Shown: one piece after another, positions 26,645 through 34,383 of the stretch
How the letters are laid out: each line of letters starts with the position of its first letter
How positions within the stretch are numbered: the stretch's first letter is position 1
DNA from: an uncultured Acetobacteraceae bacterium
Lineage (GTDB): Bacteria; Pseudomonadota; Alphaproteobacteria; Acetobacterales; Acetobacteraceae
DNA: 64,000 bases
Direction: 5' to 3'
Assembly (NCBI GenBank): GCA_964242575.1
Contig: CAXTCN010000012.1
Coordinates: forward strand, 3,204 to 67,203
Notes under the pieces: model-generated
Database searches by the model: none
Told to the model about the DNA's origin: nothing
Seen by the model: only the letters and a program-made list of their open reading frames with translations
Program-made: the position numbers and the translations under genes

Positions 26645-27451
26645 ATGCGGGTGCACCATCTGAACTGCGGGGCGATGCAGCCGTTGGGCGGCGTGCTGTT
26701 CGACGGGGTGACGCGCGGCCTCGGCCCGGCGACGCTGGCGTGCCACTGCCTGCTGCTGGAAAGCGCGTCCGGGCTGGTGCTGGTGGACACAGGCGTGGTG
26801 GGACAGGACGCGCGGCAGTCCCGGGAGGCGCACCATCCGGCGTTCCTGGCGGTGGACAACCCGCGGCTCGACCCGGCCGAAAGCGCCGCGGCGCAAGTGC
26901 GGGCGCTGGGGTTCCGCACCGAGGACGTGCGGCACGTCGTCATGACGCACCTGGACTTCGACCATGCCGCCGGGCTGGTGGATTTTCCTGGCGCGACGGT
27001 CCACCTGTCGGTCCAGGAGGCGGCGGCGGCGCGGCGGCCGGACGGGGCGAAGGCGCGCGCCCGCTACCGGCCGAAGCAGTGGGGCGCCATGGAGCGGTGG
27101 AAGGCCTGGGACTTCGACCGAACCTGGTTCGGACTGCCGGCAGTCGAGGCTTTGGGGGCGGAGCTGTTGCTGGTGAGCCTGCCGGGGCACACGCCGGGCC
27201 ACTGCGGGGTGGCGGTGCGGGACGGCGGCCGGTGGCTGCTGCACGCGGGGGACGCGGTGTTCTTCCGGCGGGAACTGGATGCCGCGCCATCGATGCCGAC
27301 GGGCGCGCGGGGCTACCAATGGTTCATGGAGACCAGCCAGCGCGACCGGCGGCGCTCGGTGCGGGCATTGCGGGGGCTGGTGGCGGAGCACGGGGACGAC
27401 GTGCGGGTGGTGTGCACGCACGACCCGCTGCTGGTGGACGCAGGGGTTTGA
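26645..27451 (+). CDS. MBL-fold metallo-hydrolase
   Basis: HVVMTHLDFDHAAG (HxDxDH variant) and LPGHTPGH. Confidence 0.8.
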   Translation: MRVHHLNCGAMQPLGGVLFDGVTRGLGPATLACHCLLLESASGLVLVDTGVVGQDARQSREAHHPAFLAVDNPRLDPAESAAAQVRALGFRTEDVRHVVMTHLDFDHAAGLVDFPGATVHLSVQEAAAARRPDGAKARARYRPKQWGAMERWKAWDFDRTWFGLPAVEALGAELLLVSLPGHTPGHCGVAVRDGGRWLLHAGDAVFFRRELDAAPSMPTGARGYQWFMETSQRDRRRSVRALRGLVAEHGDDVRVVCTHDPLLVDAGV

Positions 27452-27810
27452 TGGTGCGGTTGATAATGCCCGCGTTGCTCGCGGCGCTGCTGGCGGCGCC
27501 GGTTTCCGCGCGGGCGCAAACCATCCCGGTCCCGAGCGACACCCGGGCCAGCTACACCGTGCTGCAACTGACGCCGCGGCCGGACGGGCTGGTGGAGCTG
27601 CTGAACCAGCGGGTCGGCCCGTCCGGCACCAGCTTCGCGCGCCGCGAGGTGGACTGCCGCAACAACCAGTTCCGTTTCCTGGGCGACGGCGAGACGTTGG
27701 AGCAGGCCCAGCGCCCGTTGAAGGTGCCGCAGGTCAGCCAGCGGTTGATTAAGGACACGGTGCAGTGGGACGTGTTCCGCTTCGTGTGCGATGGCGGTGC
27801 GCCGCGGTGA
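27451..27810 (+). CDS. Small secreted protein
   Basis: ATG 27451 overlaps the previous TGA. Signal peptide MVRLIMPALLAALLAAPVSARA. Confidence 0.5.
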   Translation: MVRLIMPALLAALLAAPVSARAQTIPVPSDTRASYTVLQLTPRPDGLVELLNQRVGPSGTSFARREVDCRNNQFRFLGDGETLEQAQRPLKVPQVSQRLIKDTVQWDVFRFVCDGGAPR

Positions 27811-27928
27811 CGCGGCGGGCCGCGTTTAGGCGGGAGTACTGGGCGTAGGAAAAAATGCAAAAGCTATACTTTCCACAATCAAACAAGTAAGTGCACTATG
27901 AGCAGCCTTGTTCATTTGAGCTTGTCAT

Positions 27929-28948
27929 ATGGCGAGGTTGCCGGGTCAAGTAACACTGACTTTGGCTTGGCTCCTGGCTTTTCAAGGAAAGAGCGAGAGA
28001 GGAGTTTACTTGGTATTGTGCGCTTATGTGGATGATAGCGGTCGAGGAAATAAGCCCGTCTTCGTTTTAGCAGGACTTCTTGCTGATACCGCTTCCTGGG
28101 CCAGGTTTTCCGACGATTGAGATGAAGAACTAAAGAAAGAGCCGTTCAAAAGATACAGCAAAATGCAAGAGTATATGCGGCTTGATATATGGGATGATCC
28201 GACATCGCCGCAAAGGTTAGCAAAGCTTTATGCACTTCAAAGCATTATGAACAAACACGTAGAATGCGGATTTTCAATTTCGTTTCTCAGTGGCGATTAC
28301 AGGGAAATCTTCAAAGAGGCAGTTCCAAAACTCTGGCGTTCGGAATATCACTTTGCTGTTAGAGCTTTCATTTCTGAACTTCTTAATCACGAATACGAAA
28401 GCGGGCGAACGAGTAAGATCGACTTCATTTTCGATGAGCAGACTAACGAGAGCGCCGCTGTTGAGATTTCATGGAAGCGTCTAAAGCAAGGCGGTGCCTC
28501 GAGTAGATTTAGGAGAAGGATGGGATCTATCACTTACGGGTCCGACCAACACCTTAGGCCCCTTCAAGCTGCAGATATGATGGCTTGGCTATCTAGAAGG
28601 ATGTCTGCTGACATGCTTGGGGATGCCGGACAACTCTGGCCTGAAAACGCAGGTGAGCCACTTTACGATGCCAGAATTCTTAACATGGGGAACCCGAAAA
28701 TGGTTCTGGAGGCGATCCAGGCAGGGGACGGAACCCCCGCAGACGCGCATGCCATGGCTCTTAGGTTGTCCTCTAAAGCTTGGCACGCAGGGCGCGGCCT
28801 AAACATACCCATGAGAAACAGGTTTATCGATCGCGAGCAGCTGGAGATGCACCGAAACCGCTTAGTGGCAGCGGGTGAGCTTGTGCTCAAGCCAGATACA
28901 CCGCGCCTAACTAGGCGCCAGCGCAAGCAATTATCTCAAAATCAATGA
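27929..28948 (+). pseudogene. DUF3800-like gene interrupted by one in-frame TGA
   Basis: Track ORFs 27929..28120 and 28163..28948 are in the same frame, and the only interruption is the TGA at 28118-28120. The N-terminus LCAYVDDSGRG...VFVLAG is the DUF3800 signature. The AT-rich islet sits directly upstream of the terminase genes. Confidence 0.6.
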
Positions 28949-29185
28949 TTGTTTCCGAACTGTTTAGAGATAGTACAGGCAAATGCTCTCTCAGATTTTT
29001 AGCCGTTTCTCTCAAAGTAATCCTTGGTATCCGCCCCAAGTAAGACTATGCCTTCCAGTAGCGTGTAGGGTCGTGGTGCGCGCCAATACGCCGTTCCAAC
29101 CCTGGTTACAACGATAGTAACGAACGCGCGCTGTCCAGTACAGCGCCGGGTTCTGCACGCTGAATATGCAAGTCACGGAGGCCCC

Positions 29186-29404
29186 ATGCCGACGCCGCTG
29201 GAAGTGCTGCTGCGCGTGATGAACCGGAAATGGACGGAGGGGGACGAGGACGGGGCGGTGCAGTTGGCCAAGGCCGCCGCGCCGTATGTCCACCCGCGGG
29301 CGGCGGCGCGGGGGTCAGTGGATTTGGCGGAAGTGGGGGACGATGAGCTGGAACGGATGCACGGCGGCGACGGAGCGGGCGCTGCGGAGGGACCTCCGGA
29401 CTAG
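29186..29404 (+). CDS. Short terminase small-subunit-like protein
   Basis: GGAGG RBS. PLEVLLRVMN...AAKAAAPYVHPR resembles the C-terminal motif of small terminase subunits of alphaproteobacterial phages. Only 72 aa, overlapping the TerL start. Confidence 0.35.
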   Translation: MPTPLEVLLRVMNRKWTEGDEDGAVQLAKAAAPYVHPRAAARGSVDLAEVGDDELERMHGGDGAGAAEGPPD

Positions 29405-30740
29405 CTTCGCGCGCTGGGCCGGGTTCGCGTTGGCGCCGCTGGGCCAGGCGCCGGCGCGGCACCACCGGCTGATGATCCAGGAGCTTGAGGCGGTGGCGCG
29501 CGGGGATTGCGACCGGCTGATGCTGCTGATGCCGCCTGGTTCGGCCAAAAGCACCTACGCCAGCCTGCTGTTCCCGCCGTGGTTCATGGCCCGGCAACCT
29601 GGCGCGCAAGTCATCGCCGTGAGCCATACGGCGGCGCTCGCGGAGGCGTTCGGGCGCGGGGTGCGCGGGGCCGTCACGCAGCACGGCGCGCGGCTGGGCG
29701 TGCGGCTGGACGGCGCAAGCCGGGCGGCGGGGCGGTTCGGGACATCGGGCGGCGGCGGCTATTACGCGACCGGGGTGCGCGGGCCGGTGACCGGGCGCCG
29801 GGCGGATTTGCTGCTGATCGACGACCCGGTGAAGTCCCAGGCGGAGGCCGACAGCGCGCCCCTGCGGGACCGGGCGTGGGACTGGTATCGCTCGGACCTG
29901 GTGACGCGACTGCGTCCCGGCGGGCGGATCGTGCTGGTGATGACGCGCTGGCACCCGGACGACCTCGGCGGACGGCTGCTGGAGGCGGCCGAGCTGGGCG
30001 GGGAGCCGTGGCGCGTGGTGCGCCTGCCGGCGCTGGCGGAGGGCGCCGACGCGCTGGGCCGCGCCCCCGGCGAGGCGCTGTGGCCGGAGTGGGAGGGCGT
30101 GGCCGCGCTGGAACGGAAGCGCCTGGCGGTCGGCGAGCGGGCGTTCGAGGCGCTGTTCCAGCAAAACCCGCGCGTGCCCGGCGGACGGCTGTTCCAGGTC
30201 GGGCGCATGGCAGTGGCGGACCAGCCGGCGGAGGGCGTGAGCGTGCGGGCCTGGGATTTGGCCGCGAGCGCCGGCGGCGACTGGACCGCCGGCGTGCGCC
30301 TGGCGCGCGGCGACGCGGGCGCGTGGCAGGTGCGCGACGTGGTGCGGCTGCGCGGCGGCCCGGAGGACGTGGTGCAGGCCATCCTGCGCACCGCCGAGCG
30401 GGACGGCGCCGGCGTCGCCATCGGCTTGCCGCAGGACCCCGGGCAGGCCGGGCGCAGCCAGGTCGCGTTCCTGACGCGGGCGCTGGCGGGCTGGCGGGTC
30501 ATCAGCGGGCCGGAAAGCGGGGCCAAGGCGACGCGGGCCATGCCGGTCGCGAGCCAGGCGAACGCGGGCAACGTCAGCGTGTTGCGCGCCCCGTGGAACC
30601 GAGCTTTCCTGGAGGAGTTGCAGGACTTCCCGGGCGGCGCGAAGGACGACCAGGTGGACGCCCTGGCGCGGGCGTTCGGGATGCTGCTGGAGGCGCGGAC
30701 GCCGGCGCAGGTGCGGCGGATGGACTGGGGGTTGCGGTGA
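29343..30740 (+). CDS. terL: Terminase large subunit
   Basis: Walker A LMPPGSAKST, Walker B ADLLLIDDPVKS, coupling motif VMTRWHPDDL, and C-terminal nuclease DDQVDAL. Confidence 0.9.
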   Translation: MSWNGCTAATERALRRDLRTSFARWAGFALAPLGQAPARHHRLMIQELEAVARGDCDRLMLLMPPGSAKSTYASLLFPPWFMARQPGAQVIAVSHTAALAEAFGRGVRGAVTQHGARLGVRLDGASRAAGRFGTSGGGGYYATGVRGPVTGRRADLLLIDDPVKSQAEADSAPLRDRAWDWYRSDLVTRLRPGGRIVLVMTRWHPDDLGGRLLEAAELGGEPWRVVRLPALAEGADALGRAPGEALWPEWEGVAALERKRLAVGERAFEALFQQNPRVPGGRLFQVGRMAVADQPAEGVSVRAWDLAASAGGDWTAGVRLARGDAGAWQVRDVVRLRGGPEDVVQAILRTAERDGAGVAIGLPQDPGQAGRSQVAFLTRALAGWRVISGPESGAKATRAMPVASQANAGNVSVLRAPWNRAFLEELQDFPGGAKDDQVDALARAFGMLLEARTPAQVRRMDWGLR

Positions 30741-31712
30741 ATGCGGCGTCGGGCGTTGCTGCTGGGCGTGCTGGCGGCGGGGTGCGCGGGGGATGGCCCG
30801 GGCGTCGCCGCGGACATTGAGGCGGCGGCGGACACGGAGCTGCGGCGGCGTCCCGCGTTCTACGTGAACGGCGAGGCGCGGGGCTGGCTGGTGCGGCGCG
30901 ATGGCCATGAGGCCGGGCTGCTGTGGGGCACCTGGCATGTGGCATACGACGACGCCACGGTGATGCCGCGCGCCGTGCGGGCGCGGTTCAACGCCAGCGC
31001 CAGCCTTACGGTCGAGCGGCTGCTGTCGCGCTCGCAGTACGCGGCGCTGCGCGGCGCGCAGGAGGGCGCAGTGCGGCGTCCGGACCCGTCGGCGCTGTCC
31101 CGGCTGGGCGCGGAAACCTTGGCGGCGCTGGCGGAGGCCGGGGTGGACGCGGGCGACGCCGGGCTGAGCCTGCTGGGCTTGGCGGAGGCGGTCAGCGCCA
31201 ACGCCATGACGGAGCCGGCGCCCATGCTGCCGCACACGGGCATCGTGGACGCCAACCTGGTCGGGTTCGCGCAGAGCATCGGCGTCCCGGTGCGGGCGCT
31301 GGAGGCCGAGGACGGCTACGTTGACCCTTTATATCAAGAGCCGAACGGCCCGGCCGCGGCGGCTCTGCTGCGCCAGGTGCTGCGTCAGGGCCAGGACGCG
31401 CGGGCGTTCCGTCGCGCGCTGCGCTCGTTGTACGCGGCCGGCCGGGTGGACCGCGTGCTGGCCGCGACGGTGGGCTGGCGGGCGGAACCGGCGGACCTGG
31501 CGCGCGACGACGCGGCGCGCGACGGCCTGTTGACCCGGCGCAACCTCGCCTGGCTGCCGGGGCTGGAGCGGACGTTGCGGGAGGACGGGTTCCACTTCGT
31601 GGCGTTCGGCGCCGGGCACTTGATGGGGGATGACGGGGTGGTGGCGCTGTTGCGCGGGCGCGGGTGGGACGTGGCGGCGTGCGTGGCGGATCGGTGCGGG
31701 TTGCCAGCGTGA
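30741..31712 (+). CDS. TraB/GumN-family lipoprotein (cargo)
   Basis: Lipobox LLGVLAAGCAG. ...LLWGTWHV... and ...FVAFGAGHLMGDDGVVALLRGRGWDV are GumN-family end motifs. The ATG abuts the TerL stop (TGAATG). Confidence 0.65.
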   Translation: MRRRALLLGVLAAGCAGDGPGVAADIEAAADTELRRRPAFYVNGEARGWLVRRDGHEAGLLWGTWHVAYDDATVMPRAVRARFNASASLTVERLLSRSQYAALRGAQEGAVRRPDPSALSRLGAETLAALAEAGVDAGDAGLSLLGLAEAVSANAMTEPAPMLPHTGIVDANLVGFAQSIGVPVRALEAEDGYVDPLYQEPNGPAAAALLRQVLRQGQDARAFRRALRSLYAAGRVDRVLAATVGWRAEPADLARDDAARDGLLTRRNLAWLPGLERTLREDGFHFVAFGAGHLMGDDGVVALLRGRGWDVAACVADRCGLPA

Positions 31713-31861
31713 TGGCTTTGGGGGTGATGGGGCTTTGCTCCTGAAGCACTGTTGCCTGTATGCACGGTTTGAAGTGAACAGTTATTCTGAGCGACGCTGA
31801 CGCCCTGACGTCTGCTGGCTTATGGCGGAGATGCAAAGCGAAGCAGGCTGTCGCCAAGATT

Positions 31862-32206
31862 ATGGTGGATGATCGTGAGAATTGCCGCGAGGCATGGGTT
31901 GCGGCAGGGTTCGGCGTGGAGTTTGCCTTGAAGGCGTTAATTCTCAAGCGTGAGAGATTGAACGCGTGGCCTTCGCTGGAGCATCGCCCAGACCTCCATA
32001 TCCATAACCTCAAAAAGCTGTTCAAGATCGCGGGGCTTGATCCGAACGCCGCTCCGACAGACGTGAAGCCAGCGATCCGGCAGGTTTTGGATTGGAACCG
32101 GAATCACGACTATGTGGCCAGGCCGATGCCGCGTAAGGTGGCCCGGTCGATGGTTGAGGCGGCGTTCGGGCCTTCGGGGGTGGTGGAGTGGTTGAAGTCT
32201 CTTTGA
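31862..32206 (+). CDS. Small helical protein, HEPN-like pattern (weak)
   Basis: GFGVEFALKALILKRE...HNLKKLFKIAG...WNRNHDYVARP follows the HEPN helix pattern, but no clear Rx4-6H motif is present. The frame is open upstream to 31778 without a canonical start. Confidence 0.4.
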   Translation: MVDDRENCREAWVAAGFGVEFALKALILKRERLNAWPSLEHRPDLHIHNLKKLFKIAGLDPNAAPTDVKPAIRQVLDWNRNHDYVARPMPRKVARSMVEAAFGPSGVVEWLKSL

Positions 32207-32721
32207 CCTTGGACCCAAAGATCAGCGCCGCCGCCGAACGCGCGCTTGACAGCCGGCGCATGCAAGCCGGCAAGGAGTATCTGGACGCGCTGCATCGGCT
32301 GGGCCTTGAGCCGGATGTGTTTTGCTGGATTTACGACGCAGTCGAGGACGGGATTGAACTTGCCATTGTTACGTCCATCGCAGAGCGTATTGGCAGCCTG
32401 GACATCTACAAGCTCTTGTTCCGTGCTTATGAGGCTGCGGCGACGCCACGCGACATAGACCCGTTTATTGTATCCATCTATGGTCCCAACTCGTTCTATG
32501 GTGCCATGCTGCGCGAGCACATTCGCACTCTGGCGGCAGACGGAGCGTTCTCCGATCCTGGAAACGCCACGCGGTTCACGACAGTCATGGAAAACTCGGC
32601 CGAGCTTAAAGTCATGCTTGCCCGAGGTGTGTATGCGAGGGGAGACACTCGCAGGTCAGCAGCCCAAGATTTGAAGAGATGGAGCCGTTTTAAGCAGAAC
32701 GTGGAAGCGCTGGCTGCGTGA
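32188..32721 (+). CDS. Hypothetical protein coupled to the preceding gene
   Basis: GTG 32188 or TTG 32203 (TTGA overlap with the upstream stop). 170-177 aa with no recognised motif. Confidence 0.45.
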   Translation: MVEVSLTLDPKISAAAERALDSRRMQAGKEYLDALHRLGLEPDVFCWIYDAVEDGIELAIVTSIAERIGSLDIYKLLFRAYEAAATPRDIDPFIVSIYGPNSFYGAMLREHIRTLAADGAFSDPGNATRFTTVMENSAELKVMLARGVYARGDTRRSAAQDLKRWSRFKQNVEALAA

Positions 32722-32959
32722 AGGCGGCTTTCTCAAAGTATTGACAATCGAGGCGCCTGGCCGTGCGGCCAGTGGTCCTTTCCAACCCGCGACGCCGGAT
32801 GCGCCAGCGCCGCACCCGTAGCGGCTCGGCGCAGTGCCCTTATCTGGCATCCGGCGACAGTATGGTCGTGTGCGGCGCGTGCGCGCGACCACTGTGGGTT
32901 GCTGGCATTACGGTACGGCCGGCAGGCTGTTTCGGAACCACTTTCAGGCAGATGGATTG

Positions 32960-33574
32960 ATGGCGTCACGCCGGGATTACAAGGCTGCACTAAGCAATCT
33001 CCACAGGCTCCGACGAGTTGGGCCGGGCACCATGCCGCTGTTCAAGCAGCTACATCAGTGGATTCAATCTCTTGACGTGCATCATAGCGATGACCGAGAG
33101 GCAACGTTGATTGCGTTTACCTTCCTGGAACAGTCTCTTGAGATTCTGCTGTTGCAGCATTGGAGTCTGGTGGGGTCAGAACGAGGTTCGAAGCTATTTA
33201 ATTCGGCTGGTGAGCGGGATGCGGTGCTAGGTTCTGCATATTCTCGGGCCCTAATGGCAGAGTGTTTGGGATTGATAAGCAATAATACCTTCAAAGACGT
33301 ACAAACTGTAAACTTTATTAGGAACACATTTGCCCACTCAGGACACTCGATTAATTACGGTAATGATGATATTGAGACTTTATCCCACCTGAATACGATG
33401 GGCCAGTTTGGAGAAAGACACACAATAACGCTTGAGAATGGGTCTGCTCTGTTCAATCTTAATCTGAGTACTGCCAGGTCGCGTATTTTCTCCTTTATTC
33501 TGTTCTTTTCTCTTTACTGCACAGTCTCCCCTGCTGACGACGGTGAAAAGCCGTTTAAGTCTGTGTTCTCTTAA
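32960..33574 (+). CDS. MtlR-like HEPN-domain protein
   Basis: AVLGSAYSRALMAECLGLISNNTFKDVQTVNFIRNTFAHS matches the MtlR/HEPN helix pair, including R-N-x-x-A-H (Rx4H). ATG 32960 is chosen within track ORF 32834..33574. Confidence 0.6.
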   Translation: MASRRDYKAALSNLHRLRRVGPGTMPLFKQLHQWIQSLDVHHSDDREATLIAFTFLEQSLEILLLQHWSLVGSERGSKLFNSAGERDAVLGSAYSRALMAECLGLISNNTFKDVQTVNFIRNTFAHSGHSINYGNDDIETLSHLNTMGQFGERHTITLENGSALFNLNLSTARSRIFSFILFFSLYCTVSPADDGEKPFKSVFS

Positions 33575-33650
33575 GATAGCCCTAGCCAACGCGCCGGGCA
33601 CTTCCCCGTGGTCGCAAGCGGCAACCAAGGCGGCAGCAGCGGCAGAGTGC

Positions 33651-33929
33651 TCAGGAGGACGCCGCCGCGGATGGAGGTTGCCCGAACCCGAACACACCAA
33701 AGAAGCTGGCGCGATGCGCAGCCAGCCACGCCGGCGCGGCATGGCCCAGCGTGCCGGTGATCACCGACCGGTCAAGCGTCGCGATCTTGTCGAAACGCAC
33801 GACGGACGGCACCTTGAGGCCGGTGTCGGCAGTGGCGGCAATGGGCGCGGTGCCAGGCCCGGCACGCGGCACGGACGTGATGAAGCATACCACAGGGTCC
33901 GAACGCCCATCGTTGTCACGCGACACCAC
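33651..33929 (-). CDS. PemK/MazF-family toxin; conserved N-terminus lies upstream of the first canonical start
   Basis: ...VVSRDNDGRSDPVVCFITSV...GLKVPSVVRFDKIATLDRSVITGTLG is MazF-like. The preceding in-frame codons encode GSIVLARFPFTDLSGDKRRPAR. Confidence 0.65.
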   Translation of the reverse strand: MVSRDNDGRSDPVVCFITSVPRAGPGTAPIAATADTGLKVPSVVRFDKIATLDRSVITGTLGHAAPAWLAAHRASFFGVFGFGQPPSAAASS

Positions 33930-34007
33930 CCGGGCCGGACGGCGCTTGTCGCCCGACAGATCGGTGAACGGGAACCGCGCCAGGACGATGCTGCCGAACG
34001 CGCACGC

Positions 34008-34229
34008 CTACCAGCCCGGCCTCATCAAGTCGGCGTCAGTATAAAGGTCAGGCTCCTCAGCCAGCCAGTCGAACGCGCCGCCGGCCTGCGCCAAGGCCGC
34101 CATGGGCAAATCCGCGTCACCGATTACCTCCACCAGCACATGCACCCGCGTGCCGGCGGCGATGCCGCGGCGGACCAGTTCGGCCGAGACCTGTCCGGCC
34201 TCGGCGTCAAGCGCGATCTTCTGCATCAA
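34008..34229 (-). CDS. Putative antitoxin of the MazF-like gene
   Basis: 73-aa acidic ORF immediately upstream, ending ...FDWLAEEPDLYTDADL. Confidence 0.5.
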   Translation of the reverse strand: MMQKIALDAEAGQVSAELVRRGIAAGTRVHVLVEVIGDADLPMAALAQAGGAFDWLAEEPDLYTDADLMRPGW

Positions 34230-34383
34230 GCCGTCTCCCTCTCAACACCCAACCTACTCCGGCCAAGCCGCTCCTGTCCGCCCTGATGTGCGCAACAGGC
34301 GATGCGCGACGTTCGTAAGAAAACAATCCTTGCCCCGCAACCCCACAAAGTCCATGCCATCCCGATAGAATGCCGGGGGGCGC

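Noticed and set aside
27811-29185. Search for the prophage attachment site, a tRNA gene or an integrase at the left prophage boundary.
   Set aside because: No tRNA-like T-arm (GGTTCGAATCC-type) or cloverleaf, no tyrosine or serine recombinase motif, and no repeat matching the right end could be recognised by eye. The boundaries remain undefined.
29106-31235. 709-aa minus-strand ORF.
   Set aside because: It is antisense to the terminase large subunit and GumN genes, both of which have strong motif support.
32733-32990. Short ORFs on both strands in the GC-rich spacer between the two HEPN-type cassettes.
   Set aside because: The frames overlap one another with Arg/Ala/Pro-rich translations and no RBS. 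The spacer is treated as non-coding, possibly a remnant.
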